From a virus (lineage: Duplodnaviria > Heunggongvirae > Uroviricota > Caudoviricetes), in IMG/VR virus record IMGVR_UViG_2541047117_000001, positions 24,841 to 88,840 of that record: 64,000 nt of DNA, one strand, 5' to 3'. How positions within the stretch are numbered: the first letter of the stretch is position 1; every line of letters begins with the position of its first letter. Under the pieces are notes generated by a model, which saw nothing but the letters and a program-made list of their open reading frames with translations, did no database searches and was not told where the DNA came from. Shown here piece by piece: positions 46,443 to 56,022 of the stretch. The position numbers and the translations under genes are program-made.

Positions 46443-47987
46443 CTACTTACTGTTTCTATCGTCATCTACCATTGTGAATCCTCTTTCAATCCAAGTATTT
46501 GTTGCCATATTGACTTCAAACACCAACATATTCAAGCCTGTGTTATTTGCTTTCCCTCGTCGGTTCTTAGGAACAAAGAGAATCTGATACTTCTTCTTAG
46601 GGTCTAATGTAAACTCTTCTTTTACCCATCCATTCTTAGCAAAAGGATTGCTTTCATTTTTCACATAGTGATAGCACAGTAATTCGTTCTTACCACCTTC
46701 ATACTCAGATTGATAAGCCCAACGAGCCAGTAATAGTTGCCCTGCTTCGTTCTTAATTTTCTTAGATTCACCAAGACACGTTTCATCTAGGTATCTACGA
46801 CCAATCGTATTGTCTCCTAATTGGACATTAATCCAACATCTCATGTTGAGACCATTCGCATTTTTACGTGAAAGTTGATACATCTTCTTGATAGATTCGT
46901 AGAAGCTCTCCCAACGAGAAGAATACATATCATCCTCAGGTGGCTTAGCTGTATCGACAATGACACTTCCTGTCCCTCTTCGAGCATGTCTACGCATTAC
47001 ACGTTCAACATTTTTTGTTGTGTAGTTCTCTAAGAATACAAGAGTAATAAGTTTATCGTTACCCTCTGTGAATTGCTTCAACCATGCAGAAGCATCTTTA
47101 AGTTTCTTCTTCTCTTCTGCTGTAAATTCACCCTCATTCAACCTTTGACGGTCAATTATATTACCACTCTGTCCCATTGCTGTGATGAGTAGCATCTTCT
47201 TCCATTCCATTTCATCCTGCTCATTCGCAATGATAAGTAACTTCTCTTTCTGTTCAATGTGAGACATAATAACTTTACTGATAGTGAAAGATGTTTTACC
47301 ACCACCCGAATAGTTGGCTAATATGTATGTAGTTCCTCGTGCAAATCCACTAAATATCTTTGTTAACTGTGGACTACGATAGAAAGGCATTCCTGCATCG
47401 ACATTTTTATCCCAAATATCAATTGCTTCATCCATTCCTTCTAATAAGCTACACTCATCGAATTTCTCACCTTGTGTGGTGCTTACGTTACTAACCTTAT
47501 CTACCCAGTAATTCCACACAGTCTCACTGTCTAGTAGCTTATAGTCATAGTTTCCATCTTTGGTAACGACCTTATCACCAAACAAGTCGTATAATTCCTT
47601 GACTGTGTTATATTTCTGAACCTCTTCATAATAGGCTTCGAAGTTCTCTGCACGCTGTTTCACTTCCACCATGACCTGCTTCATCGTATCGAATCCACCA
47701 AAGCTATCGTAAAGCTTAACGTGCTTCTTACTTAAATCATTCAACGTCTTTTGAGTTACGATATCGTCAAATACACGGATATCCGCATCAAACATTGTTC
47801 TTCCTAACTCAAAAAAGAATCCCCAGTGTGGATTTCTGAATGTTGAATGATTCAGCTTTTCTTTGCTGTATAAATTGTAATACTCTTCGGGGTTATGCCA
47901 AAACAAACCCGTCAACAGAGCCTCGGAGATTTCGGCTTCTTTAGCCAACTTTTTTGCGACTTCTTCTGCTGTATTCTTTTTAGTCAA
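46443..47987 (-). CDS. replicative DNA helicase (DnaB-like)
   Basis: 514 aa; Walker A GGGKTSF within a RecA-like C-terminal domain. Confidence 0.6.
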   Translation of the reverse strand: MTKKNTAEEVAKKLAKEAEISEALLTGLFWHNPEEYYNLYSKEKLNHSTFRNPHWGFFFELGRTMFDADIRVFDDIVTQKTLNDLSKKHVKLYDSFGGFDTMKQVMVEVKQRAENFEAYYEEVQKYNTVKELYDLFGDKVVTKDGNYDYKLLDSETVWNYWVDKVSNVSTTQGEKFDECSLLEGMDEAIDIWDKNVDAGMPFYRSPQLTKIFSGFARGTTYILANYSGGGKTSFTISKVIMSHIEQKEKLLIIANEQDEMEWKKMLLITAMGQSGNIIDRQRLNEGEFTAEEKKKLKDASAWLKQFTEGNDKLITLVFLENYTTKNVERVMRRHARRGTGSVIVDTAKPPEDDMYSSRWESFYESIKKMYQLSRKNANGLNMRCWINVQLGDNTIGRRYLDETCLGESKKIKNEAGQLLLARWAYQSEYEGGKNELLCYHYVKNESNPFAKNGWVKEEFTLDPKKKYQILFVPKNRRGKANNTGLNMLVFEVNMATNTWIERGFTMVDDDRNSK

Positions 47988-48008
47988 TAGCTACAACTCC
48001 ATTTCTAA

Positions 48009-48656
48009 TTACAACAAATCTGAGATATCTACTCTCTTCGTTTGCTTGCTCTTATCGTATTTAACATTTGTAAAGAAGGTCTCAGACTGCATTTCTTCCT
48101 GTACCTGCTCTCGGATTGCTTTTCTTTGTCGTTCCTCACGTTCAGCTTTATTTCTCACTTTCACGATGCTGTTAGCGATAATTGCCAATCCATACTGACA
48201 CTCCTGTAGAGTCCCTTTGAAATCCTTGGTCTTCTTTGCCCACTCAATATCTGATTCACAAGCTTTATATGTCTCAGCAATCAATTTGAATGGATAGCCA
48301 CGCTTAGTACGACGTCTCACTTTCCCTACTCGGATAGTGCCGTTTCGTAAATCCTGTAAGAATGGAACGAATCTCGATGGTACTGGGAATCCATAAACCT
48401 CTTCGAACACATTCCAAAGGTAATCCCATTCTTCATTCTCCTTATCGGTGAACGCTCTCTGTTCTTGGAATGTTTCCCAACACTCTCCTTCGTGGTAATA
48501 CTTTCGGGAAACCTTACCTGACTTTGGAGATATCTTTTCATCCACTTCCATTTCTTCTCTCGGTGACTTTTCTTTGCAAATCTGACACATCAACGGTCTT
48601 GCCATGCTACTCCTCCTCTTTGCAGTGGATGTTATCTCACCATAATAAACATCCAC
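48009..48656 (-). CDS. hypothetical protein
   Basis: 215 aa; motif upstream. Confidence 0.5.
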   Translation of the reverse strand: MDVYYGEITSTAKRRSSMARPLMCQICKEKSPREEMEVDEKISPKSGKVSRKYYHEGECWETFQEQRAFTDKENEEWDYLWNVFEEVYGFPVPSRFVPFLQDLRNGTIRVGKVRRRTKRGYPFKLIAETYKACESDIEWAKKTKDFKGTLQECQYGLAIIANSIVKVRNKAEREERQRKAIREQVQEEMQSETFFTNVKYDKSKQTKRVDISDLL

Positions 48657-48670
48657 TGATTTATGTATTT

Positions 48671-48692
48671 TGCATTATTTTTTACACTTGTC
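48671..48692 (-). promoter_or_regulatory. conserved repeated element, copy 24
   Basis: GACAAGTGTAAAAAATAATGCA. Confidence 0.55.
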
Positions 48693-48951
48693 AGGAAAGC
48701 AATTTCACACTAAATTTAATGTGATTTAATTGTTCCTCATAGTATTTATCAATAGCTTCACTAGGCGTATATCCTTGCTTGTAGAAGTCAAATATCGTAG
48801 GATATTTCCCGTCACTCGCCTTCTCGGAATACTCTAAGCAAGCTAATTGGAATGCATATTCTTCTGCTTGCTCTTGATTCTCAAAATGACATAACCCTGT
48901 TGCTATGACAATATCATCTATACTCGAATGGTATTCGTATGATTTAAGCAT
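48691..48951 (-). CDS. hypothetical protein
   Basis: 86-aa ORF. Confidence 0.45.
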   Translation of the reverse strand: MLKSYEYHSSIDDIVIATGLCHFENQEQAEEYAFQLACLEYSEKASDGKYPTIFDFYKQGYTPSEAIDKYYEEQLNHIKFSVKLLS

Positions 48952-49297
48952 TCATGTACTCCTTTAGTTCTTTTGAAGTGATTTCGATTTTTAAACTTTG
49001 GTTGAAATCCGAAATTAGACCATCAAGATTGTTCTTTTTATGGCTTTTCTTTAAGTATTCCATTACCTTGACTTTCACCACATTCGCCAACTTTTCTTTA
49101 AGATATATCATGGCATTCTCCTCAAAATTACCTCTGTAATCATAACTATCGAATGACGCCTCCAACATAACAAACTTCTTAAATAAATTGGGTTCAAATG
49201 GATTAGTGAACCACATTCTAATGCGAAGCCATTCACTGATACGATAGTCATCAATTTTCATACGCTTTATTCGCACTTTAACTTTGACTGTATTCAT
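48944..49297 (-). CDS. hypothetical protein
   Basis: 117-aa ORF. Confidence 0.45.
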   Translation of the reverse strand: MNTVKVKVRIKRMKIDDYRISEWLRIRMWFTNPFEPNLFKKFVMLEASFDSYDYRGNFEENAMIYLKEKLANVVKVKVMEYLKKSHKKNNLDGLISDFNQSLKIEITSKELKEYMNA

Positions 49298-49700
49298 CCT
49301 GTTCTTTCTCCTCTTTTATGGTCACAATAACCTTGTGTCCCTGATTAACCTGTTTCATAATCGACTCTAGCTGATGCTTCTCCATATAATCACCCATAAA
49401 ATTACGAACTTCGTTTTCTACAAGTCTGTTCAGATGTTTTGTTTGCAGAAGTTCTGCAACTCTATCAAAAAATTTCGATTCAGCTTCCTTGTAGTTCTGT
49501 CCTATTTTGTAAACAATCTCTTCCTCTCCTAGTAGACGCTGAGGAAACAAAGAAACATCAAATATTTCACAAAATCTTTGTCTGAGTCCTAGAGGTGTAA
49601 ATCGTCTCTTTAACGGATTGATGAATCGAATTTGTATATTCATACAACGTCTATCTCTATACCAATCCAATTCAACTTTGACGCTTGCTTCGATTTTCAT
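49278..49700 (-). CDS. hypothetical protein
   Basis: 140-aa ORF. Confidence 0.45.
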   Translation of the reverse strand: MKIEASVKVELDWYRDRRCMNIQIRFINPLKRRFTPLGLRQRFCEIFDVSLFPQRLLGEEEIVYKIGQNYKEAESKFFDRVAELLQTKHLNRLVENEVRNFMGDYMEKHQLESIMKQVNQGHKVIVTIKEEKEQDEYSQS

Positions 49701-49706
49701 CTTCTC

Positions 49707-49867
49707 ACCTACTTCTTACGATATGTTTCTGTTTTAATATCATCCTTTATATCTTCATATGAAGGCATTTCGTTTAATGGTACGCAACTATGTTTCTCCA
49801 AATTCTCAAGCGTGAAGTCTTTCCCACATTCTTTGCATTTGTATGATTCGTTGTTTTTAATTGTCAT
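49707..49867 (-). CDS. small zinc-finger protein (52 aa; absent from the ORF track)
   Basis: MTIKNNESYKCKECGK...HSC; AAGGTGGA RBS. Confidence 0.35.
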
Positions 49868-50081
49868 AGTGTCCACCTTGTTATGTTATTTGTTATTCTT
49901 ATAATTTCACTCGCATAAATAGCTCTAGCTTTTCTTTCTTTTCTTTCTCTTTGCTTTTCTTTATTTCAAGAATTTCCAATAGATTGAAGTTGCTAAAAGT
50001 ATGAACTACTGCATTTTTATCATTAATTAACATCCAAGTTTGTCTCGTTGTTAAGTTTTCAAACATCTTAACCTCTCCCTG

Positions 50082-50381
50082 TTATTCTACTTCGATATAG
50101 AACTCTTGACGTTCTTCATCAAAATGATGAGTATATGCATTATCTCCTGTAGCTTCTACATTGTACACTGGAATACCAATTTCATTTCCATCCTTATGTA
50201 ATAAAGCACCAATCAACTTCGTAGTCCCTAACTCTAAGCGAATAGCATTATATACAATCTTCTGTAGTTGAAGAGCTTTTTCTTCATCTAATCCTTCTTG
50301 TTTTTCACGTAACCATTTAATTCGATTTACTGCATCTTCTGATGTTGATGTATAAAACTCTTCTGCATATAATCGTTTCAT
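50082..50381 (-). CDS. hypothetical protein
   Basis: 99-aa ORF. Confidence 0.45.
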   Translation of the reverse strand: MKRLYAEEFYTSTSEDAVNRIKWLREKQEGLDEEKALQLQKIVYNAIRLELGTTKLIGALLHKDGNEIGIPVYNVEATGDNAYTHHFDEERQEFYIEVE

Positions 50382-51024
50382 GTTCTTCTCTCCTTTAATA
50401 CTGTTTGTTTAACCACTGATTCAATCTGTATTCCATCTCTTTCGTCTCTTTGAAGGCAACATACATAAGGTATGCAAACATGCTCAACCATAGCGAGCCT
50501 GCGATTGCTATAATTGCTACAAGAGTATATGGTATCAACACTTTATTCACCTCTTATTAAGTATCCCAATGCTCTGTCAAACTTAATAATGTCCAATACC
50601 CATAATCCATTTTTAAACTTGAAACTAGCACCATCTAATTCTTCTATCATGGACAGGTATTCTATCATTTTCCCGTATGAATCAAACTCTTTTTGAATTA
50701 TGTTCATTTGACCATCCCTCTTATTTATGTTCTTGGATTACCCTGATAGCATTCTTTAAACCTCTGATATGCCCACTGCCTTTTATGGCATTAGGTTTCT
50801 GTCTTTGCTCAGCTTTCTTGATTTCCTTCTTTAATTTAAATAGAATATCTTTCTTACGCATCTCGTTTCTCCTTAAATAACTTCACTATCAAAACGATGA
50901 GAACAATTAGTAAGGAAAAATTGATAAAACCGAAAATATTCATATTAGACACCCCTCAAAAGCCTTTGATTTACTGCTATTTTTGGATCTGATTTTTCCT
51001 GATTTATTAAGTAAAATATCTCTT

Positions 51025-51180
51025 TTATTTAATTAAAGGCTCTACTTTGAACACTCGTCCGTCCGATATATCATAGCTCTCACAGAAAGGGCAATGCTCA
51101 GCAACATCTCCTAAAATCGTATAGAAGACTTTTTCGCAATCATCTTCATCACAGTGCCATTGATTAAGTAACTCTGTCAT
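51025..51180 (-). CDS. zinc-ribbon micro-protein
   Basis: start moved to MTELLNQWHC (ATG 51180) after a GGAGAGGAAGAG RBS; HC...C...CPFC. Confidence 0.4.
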   Translation of the reverse strand: MTELLNQWHCDEDDCEKVFYTILGDVAEHCPFCESYDISDGRVFKVEPLIK

Positions 51181-51184
51181 ACAA

Positions 51185-51607
51185 TCACTCTTCCTCTCCA
51201 ACGAACTTAATGATTGTTCTACCTTCGTGACCATGAATATGCTGTACTGACTGCACATTAGGATAAATGTTATGAGAAATAACATAAGACTGTGACCACT
51301 CATGAATGCATTTACCACTAGGCATAACAACACCTTCGGCTACAATTCCAGTACCACTCACTCCACTGAAATCTTCATTTCTTTGCAGATAGTATTCTCG
51401 CAATCTATCCTTGCCCTTTGATTTTAACGGCACTAACTTTGTACCTTTATCTCTATTACAAACGAACTCTTTCACTTGTTCGATATTGTCATAGAATGAT
51501 AATGTCTTTATAGCGCTAGTCCACTCTAACAATGTGATGTTTGATTTCAGCGTTACACCTACAGCTAAAACCTTTTCATGTTCATCTATAATCTTAAATT
51601 GTTCCAA
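51185..51607 (-). CDS. hypothetical protein
   Basis: 140 aa; TTG start after AAGGAG. Confidence 0.45.
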   Translation of the reverse strand: MEQFKIIDEHEKVLAVGVTLKSNITLLEWTSAIKTLSFYDNIEQVKEFVCNRDKGTKLVPLKSKGKDRLREYYLQRNEDFSGVSGTGIVAEGVVMPSGKCIHEWSQSYVISHNIYPNVQSVQHIHGHEGRTIIKFVGEEE

Positions 51608-51622
51608 TGTTAATACTCCTTC

Positions 51623-51778
51623 TTACTTATTGAATCTGCACTGACTGCACACATTGTTACTCCAACTGTTATCACAAGATTTACATTCTTTTAATCTACA
51701 GTTTCCACAGTCTATGCCTTCCTTATCAATACACTTGTCAGTATGTATAAATTTGCAATAAAACATATCCTTAGTCAT
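51623..51778 (-). CDS. Cys-rich micro-protein (51 aa; absent from the ORF track)
   Basis: MTKDMFYCKF...CGNCRLKECKSC...CSQC; start overlaps the upstream stop. Confidence 0.3.
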   Translation of the reverse strand: MTKDMFYCKFIHTDKCIDKEGIDCGNCRLKECKSCDNSWSNNVCSQCRFNK

Positions 51779-51881
51779 CGTCGATGCATCCTACATATTC
51801 ATACTCATATTCATCGCCACAGCGACATATTTCACTTGAGCTAGCGCAAATATTGCATCTATAATCATCTAAATCCCACAT
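51771..51881 (-). CDS. Cys-rich micro-protein (36 aa; absent from the ORF track)
   Basis: MWDLDDYRCNICASSSEICRCGDEY...; GAGGTG RBS. Confidence 0.3.
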   Translation of the reverse strand: MWDLDDYRCNICASSSEICRCGDEYEYEYVGCIDDD

Positions 51882-51893
51882 ACAATCACCTCA

Positions 51894-52085
51894 TCATTTA
51901 GTGCCTGTTCTTAATTTCAACTCTAGCTCAGCCTTCTTTAGATAGAGCGTCGCTAATTTAGATTCTATAAACTCTACAACATCATCCTGACACACATTGG
52001 CTAGGTCAGACTCTAGGATGACTATATCTAAATTTATATCCTTTAATTTCTCTTCCATAGCGTTTCTCCTTAACATGACTAACAT
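51894..52085 (-). CDS. hypothetical protein
   Basis: 63-aa ORF. Confidence 0.35.
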   Translation of the reverse strand: MLVMLRRNAMEEKLKDINLDIVILESDLANVCQDDVVEFIESKLATLYLKKAELELKLRTGTK

Positions 52086-52267
52086 TTAATAGGACATTCA
52101 TTTGGAATTGGTGACTTATCGTACCAATCTAGATATTCATGCACATCCTTATTTAGCTTAGTGCAATGGATTTTTCTAACATCATCCCATGAATCCCGTG
52201 TGTATACCTTTGACACCTGAGCTAAAGGACACTGGTCACAGTTCTCTATCTCTATTTTCACTTGCAT
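52079..52267 (-). CDS. hypothetical Cys-containing protein
   Basis: 62-aa ORF. Confidence 0.4.
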   Translation of the reverse strand: MQVKIEIENCDQCPLAQVSKVYTRDSWDDVRKIHCTKLNKDVHEYLDWYDKSPIPNECPIKC

Positions 52268-52281
52268 CTACTTCACCTCTC

Positions 52282-52554
52282 CTACGTGATGTTGTCTCTG
52301 TATGAATAAATCAAGATTTTGCTTCGAAACTTCTCTGTGAGTCTCCTTGATTCTTCTTCGTCACCATAGATAACTACTTTGGTAATCAATAAATCGTCAC
52401 CTAGATATACTGAGTGCCAATCTATGTAACCAATCCATTCTTTATTTTTTACAATCATGACTCCTAATCCCATTTGTAAGTAAGCAAATAAACTATCTGC
52501 ATCACATTCTCGCTTTATATCTTCTGCACTTACACAGCTATCTGATATCCTCAC
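52282..52554 (-). CDS. hypothetical protein
   Basis: 90-aa ORF. Confidence 0.4.
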   Translation of the reverse strand: MRISDSCVSAEDIKRECDADSLFAYLQMGLGVMIVKNKEWIGYIDWHSVYLGDDLLITKVVIYGDEEESRRLTEKFRSKILIYSYRDNIT

Positions 52555-52566
52555 GTTAACACCTCT

Positions 52567-53295
52567 TTATGCGACATTTTCAATCGAGTGATTGAACACT
52601 TTATTAATCTTCGTCATGCCATGATGTATTTGCATTGAGATAGTTGCCCTGCTCTTCCCTAGCATCTCTCCAATTTCTGTTGGAGTATATCCTTGCAATC
52701 GAAGTTCAATGCAGGTTCTTTGCGTTTCAGATACTACAGCTAATCGTTGGGAAAGCCCTGTTTTGAGACCTGCTAATTCCATATCATGATGAGCGCTCTC
52801 ATCACTCAGTGTATCAATTAGCTTCAAGTTCTCTCCTTCTTTACTGTTACCAACTGTTGTCTCAATGCTCATTACTGTCATGTCCATAAATGACAAAGCT
52901 CTTTTCATAACCTCATCTGACGCATCAAATGTCTTTTGAATCTCTTCTAGAGTTTTCTTCCCTCGATGCTTACGCATGTATTTCGCAATCCGTGTAACCT
53001 CATAGCTTACTCGAACACCTTTGTATGTACTTCGTATTGCATTATAGATTTCCGTTCGGATATATCTAACGGCTATCGTTGAGAGTTTGCCTTTTGATTC
53101 ATCATAAGCATCTAATGACTTCATCCACCCAATGATTCCAAATTGCGCTAAATCATCAAATGTATAACCATGTGTCTTTTCATAATAAGAATAGTAAGTA
53201 AAATATTTACGTATCGTATCAGCTACTAATTTATATCCGTTTTCGGGCAATGTTAAATCTTTTTCTTCTATAGCTTGTAATTCATCTATTTGCAT
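52567..53295 (-). CDS. sigma-70-family RNA polymerase sigma factor
   Basis: 242 aa; region-2-like FGIIGWMKSLDAYDESKG...IRTEIYNAIR and region-4 HTH TPTEIGEMLGKSRATISMQIHHG. Confidence 0.65.
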   Translation of the reverse strand: MQIDELQAIEEKDLTLPENGYKLVADTIRKYFTYYSYYEKTHGYTFDDLAQFGIIGWMKSLDAYDESKGKLSTIAVRYIRTEIYNAIRSTYKGVRVSYEVTRIAKYMRKHRGKKTLEEIQKTFDASDEVMKRALSFMDMTVMSIETTVGNSKEGENLKLIDTLSDESAHHDMELAGLKTGLSQRLAVVSETQRTCIELRLQGYTPTEIGEMLGKSRATISMQIHHGMTKINKVFNHSIENVA

Positions 53296-53310
53296 TGTTA
53301 TTTTCTCCGA

Positions 53311-53332
53311 TTCATTATTTTTTACATTTGTA
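53311..53332 (-). promoter_or_regulatory. conserved repeated element, copy 25a, upstream of the sigma factor gene
   Basis: TACAAATGTAAAAAATAATGAA. Confidence 0.6.
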
Positions 53333-53388
53333 TCATATCAAATGGGGAATAGCATGTCAACTACCAATGCATAGAAAAAGGAGATAAG

Positions 53389-53410
53389 TTCATTATTTTT
53401 TACACTTATC
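53389..53410 (-). promoter_or_regulatory. conserved repeated element, copy 25b
   Basis: GATAAGTGTAAAAAATAATGAA. Confidence 0.55.
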
Positions 53411-53423
53411 TCCTTGGTACTTA

Positions 53424-53948
53424 TTATTTATTCAATTGGTAAGCCTCTTTGTGACGGATATTTGCAATGATGATATCTACAATGTAGTCACTTGTAAGCT
53501 CTTCTGTACTTAGGCTCAACACATCTAGCTCAGAACCCACGATAATACGCTCAAATCCTTTGTTAATCGTATCAAACATATTGTCCGCTATCTCTTTCTC
53601 TTCACGCTCCTGTTTGCGCTTAATAAGCGTTTCGGGGCTTGCATAAAGGTAAACCACTAGAGCCTTCTCTTTCAGTTGTTCTTCAAGGTATTTGACTTGC
53701 TCTTCATCTAATCGTGAGTAACCATCGTATAACTCTGTATACACGAGATTTGACATGTAATATCTATCTACAATTAGATTGTCAGCATGGTCAGCGATTC
53801 CTTTTACATACTGGAATAAATCCGTAGTAGGAAGCTGTGCAATTTGGAATGAGTTACCCTTGATGACACCGTATTTTAGTCTCTCAGCTAACTTCTGAGC
53901 AACGGTTGTTTTAAAATTCAGCTCATTTCCTTCTAAAATAATAAGCAT
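53424..53948 (-). CDS. dNMP (thymidylate-type) kinase-like protein
   Basis: 174 aa; degenerate P-loop ILEGNELNFKTT; NMP-kinase-like layout; low certainty. Confidence 0.4.
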   Translation of the reverse strand: MLIILEGNELNFKTTVAQKLAERLKYGVIKGNSFQIAQLPTTDLFQYVKGIADHADNLIVDRYYMSNLVYTELYDGYSRLDEEQVKYLEEQLKEKALVVYLYASPETLIKRKQEREEKEIADNMFDTINKGFERIIVGSELDVLSLSTEELTSDYIVDIIIANIRHKEAYQLNK

Positions 53949-53966
53949 ATGTATTCCCCTTTTTCT

Positions 53967-54788
53967 CTATTTAATAATACGAACCTTCGCACCACGTTTA
54001 CCGATGCTATTCATTTCACTTGCACTACCGACTAGAATATCAATTCTATTCCCTTTGATAGCTCCGCCTGTATCAATCGCCACGAAGCGTCCATATCCTT
54101 CGATTTCTACGGTTGAACCCAATGGGATTACAGATGGGTCTACAGCAATGATTCGCTGTCCATTGTGATGAATCGTATTCGTGATGTCGTGACCGCTTTT
54201 CGTCAATACTTTACCACCATATGTCCCACCGTTCTCTGACGGATGATTTGTGTAAGCTGTGATAACGAAATTCATCCAACTACCACTAGACTCACTCTCC
54301 TCTTTTTGAGGTGTTGGAGCTGACTGCATCACGGGAGTTTGTGCAGGTTCTTTTTTCGCTTCTTCCTTCTTTACTTCTTTTGGTTTCTCTTCGGATTTCT
54401 TCTGAATAGGAGTATAGCTCACTTTTTCTAGTGAGCTAACTTTCTCCTGTAATTTCTGCTTGTCCGATTCGAGCTCAGAAATCTTAGCATCTCTCTGCTT
54501 GATTTCTTCTTCAAGGTTAGACTTTTGCTGTTCTAGGTCATTCTTCATGTTGTCTAAGTCTGTTTTTTCCTTCTCTAACCCTTCAACCTTCTCTTTTGAA
54601 GACGATAGTTCTCCCTCGATTTTTTGAATTTTGGAATCACCCTCAGTTAACTTCTCTTGATATGATTGAATCTGTTGCTGTGTGGAATTATAGTAATCAT
54701 ATGAAAGTTTGCTAGCAGTGCCAATTACGACAACTGCTAGCAGAGTAGTTAAAATAATAAAGAGCTTTTTCTTGCTAAAGGTGGGCAT
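53967..54788 (-). CDS. 3D-domain (MltA-like) cell-wall-associated protein with N-terminal TM and coiled coil
   Basis: 273 aa; C-terminal 3D-domain signature (conserved Asp residues ...IAVDP...IDTGGAI...). Confidence 0.55.
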   Translation of the reverse strand: MPTFSKKKLFIILTTLLAVVVIGTASKLSYDYYNSTQQQIQSYQEKLTEGDSKIQKIEGELSSSKEKVEGLEKEKTDLDNMKNDLEQQKSNLEEEIKQRDAKISELESDKQKLQEKVSSLEKVSYTPIQKKSEEKPKEVKKEEAKKEPAQTPVMQSAPTPQKEESESSGSWMNFVITAYTNHPSENGGTYGGKVLTKSGHDITNTIHHNGQRIIAVDPSVIPLGSTVEIEGYGRFVAIDTGGAIKGNRIDILVGSASEMNSIGKRGAKVRIIK

Positions 54789-54790
54789 TA

Positions 54791-55906
54791 TCAGCCGATT
54801 AATTCCTTAACAGCTTCCACACCTTGTTTTAATACGTCTACATCTTCTACACTTGTGTAGTCAGTAGTACCTAGAGTCTTCTCAAAGATTCCTTTTAATT
54901 TACGCTTTTGAACTGGTTTCAGAGTACCAATGCTTTCTTTCAACCAAGCGTGCATTTCTTCTGCTGTCATTTCAGCCTTTTGAGTTTTAGCAAACTTCTC
55001 AGCTTGACGCTCAGTCTCTACTTTTTGCTCAGCTTTTGCTTTCTCTACAGCTTTTTCATCGTTGTCATATTCTTTTAGAACTGCATTCTCAAATGCTTCT
55101 AAGAACTCATCAACACTGTTGTTGATTTTGTCAGGCATATGACGGAAACGTGAACCACAGATTACATTACCTTCTGAACGGAATCGTAGGAAACGTTCTG
55201 ATTTAGCGACACCCTTTTTAGCTGTCGTTACTAAGTCACCATAGATGATTAAGTCACTTTCACGAAGAACGATATCCGATGTTTTACCTAAGCAGTTAAG
55301 CGTAGTTAAATCATAAGAAGAACCATCACGTTGCTCAACCTTCTTTGTCTTACTGTGACCAATGATGAATACTCCAAATCCTGCTTTCTTTAAACGGTCG
55401 ATTTGCTCATAGATTACATCTGCAACTAGGTTGTAACCTTTACCGTATGCGATATCAGAAATATCTTCAATTTTCGCAGTAGACTTAATCTTCTGTTTTT
55501 TAATGATGTGTTTCTCCGCTAAGTCCTCAAGTGCTGTAATTGTATCAATAACAATTAACTTGTATGGAATTGTCTTACGGTTCTCGATTAACTCATCAAT
55601 AACCTCAACGAATCCTCTTGCGTCATTGTCAGTCTTCTCTTCTTTTACTTCTTCATCTTCGTCCTCATCATCTTCTTCTACATACTCGAAAACAGAGATT
55701 GGAAGTGCGTGGATTCCATTTAAAGCTTTGTAACCTACTTCTGTACCAAGTAGTAACATCTTGCTTAAATCTCCACCGTAATACTTCATAGCTAAATCAT
55801 ATAGAAATGTTGTTTTACCAAATTTACTTGGTGCAAACAGACACATAAGATACTGTTCTAATTCTGCTTTTACTTTATTCGGGTTTAATGCATGTAAAAA
55901 TGACAT
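54791..55906 (-). CDS. RecA-fold P-loop ATPase (phage AAA/Sak4-like)
   Basis: 371 aa; Walker A APSKFGKTTF; Walker B LIVIDTI; acidic linker. Confidence 0.5.
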   Translation of the reverse strand: MSFLHALNPNKVKAELEQYLMCLFAPSKFGKTTFLYDLAMKYYGGDLSKMLLLGTEVGYKALNGIHALPISVFEYVEEDDEDEDEEVKEEKTDNDARGFVEVIDELIENRKTIPYKLIVIDTITALEDLAEKHIIKKQKIKSTAKIEDISDIAYGKGYNLVADVIYEQIDRLKKAGFGVFIIGHSKTKKVEQRDGSSYDLTTLNCLGKTSDIVLRESDLIIYGDLVTTAKKGVAKSERFLRFRSEGNVICGSRFRHMPDKINNSVDEFLEAFENAVLKEYDNDEKAVEKAKAEQKVETERQAEKFAKTQKAEMTAEEMHAWLKESIGTLKPVQKRKLKGIFEKTLGTTDYTSVEDVDVLKQGVEAVKELIG

Positions 55907-55922
55907 TCAATCACGCTCTCTT

Positions 55923-55946
55923 TTCAATTATTTTTTATATTTGTGG
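55923..55946 (-). promoter_or_regulatory. conserved repeated element, copy 26a (variant)
   Basis: CCACAAATATAAAAAATAATTGAA. Confidence 0.4.
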
Positions 55947-55985
55947 AGAAGAAAAGGATATACTTCTCCCCTCCATGTATGTAAT

Positions 55986-56007
55986 TCATTATTTTTTACA
56001 CTTGTAA
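55986..56007 (-). promoter_or_regulatory. conserved repeated element, copy 26b
   Basis: exact consensus; a 7-bp-stem hairpin at 55944..55968 lies between the two copies. Confidence 0.65.
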
Positions 56008-56022
56008 GTATAAGTTAACGGC

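Noticed and set aside
51025-51333. 102-aa ORF overlapping 51185..51607
   Set aside because: The N-terminal half is out of frame over the upstream gene. A strong RBS supports only the C-terminal 51-aa zinc-ribbon ORF (51025..51180).
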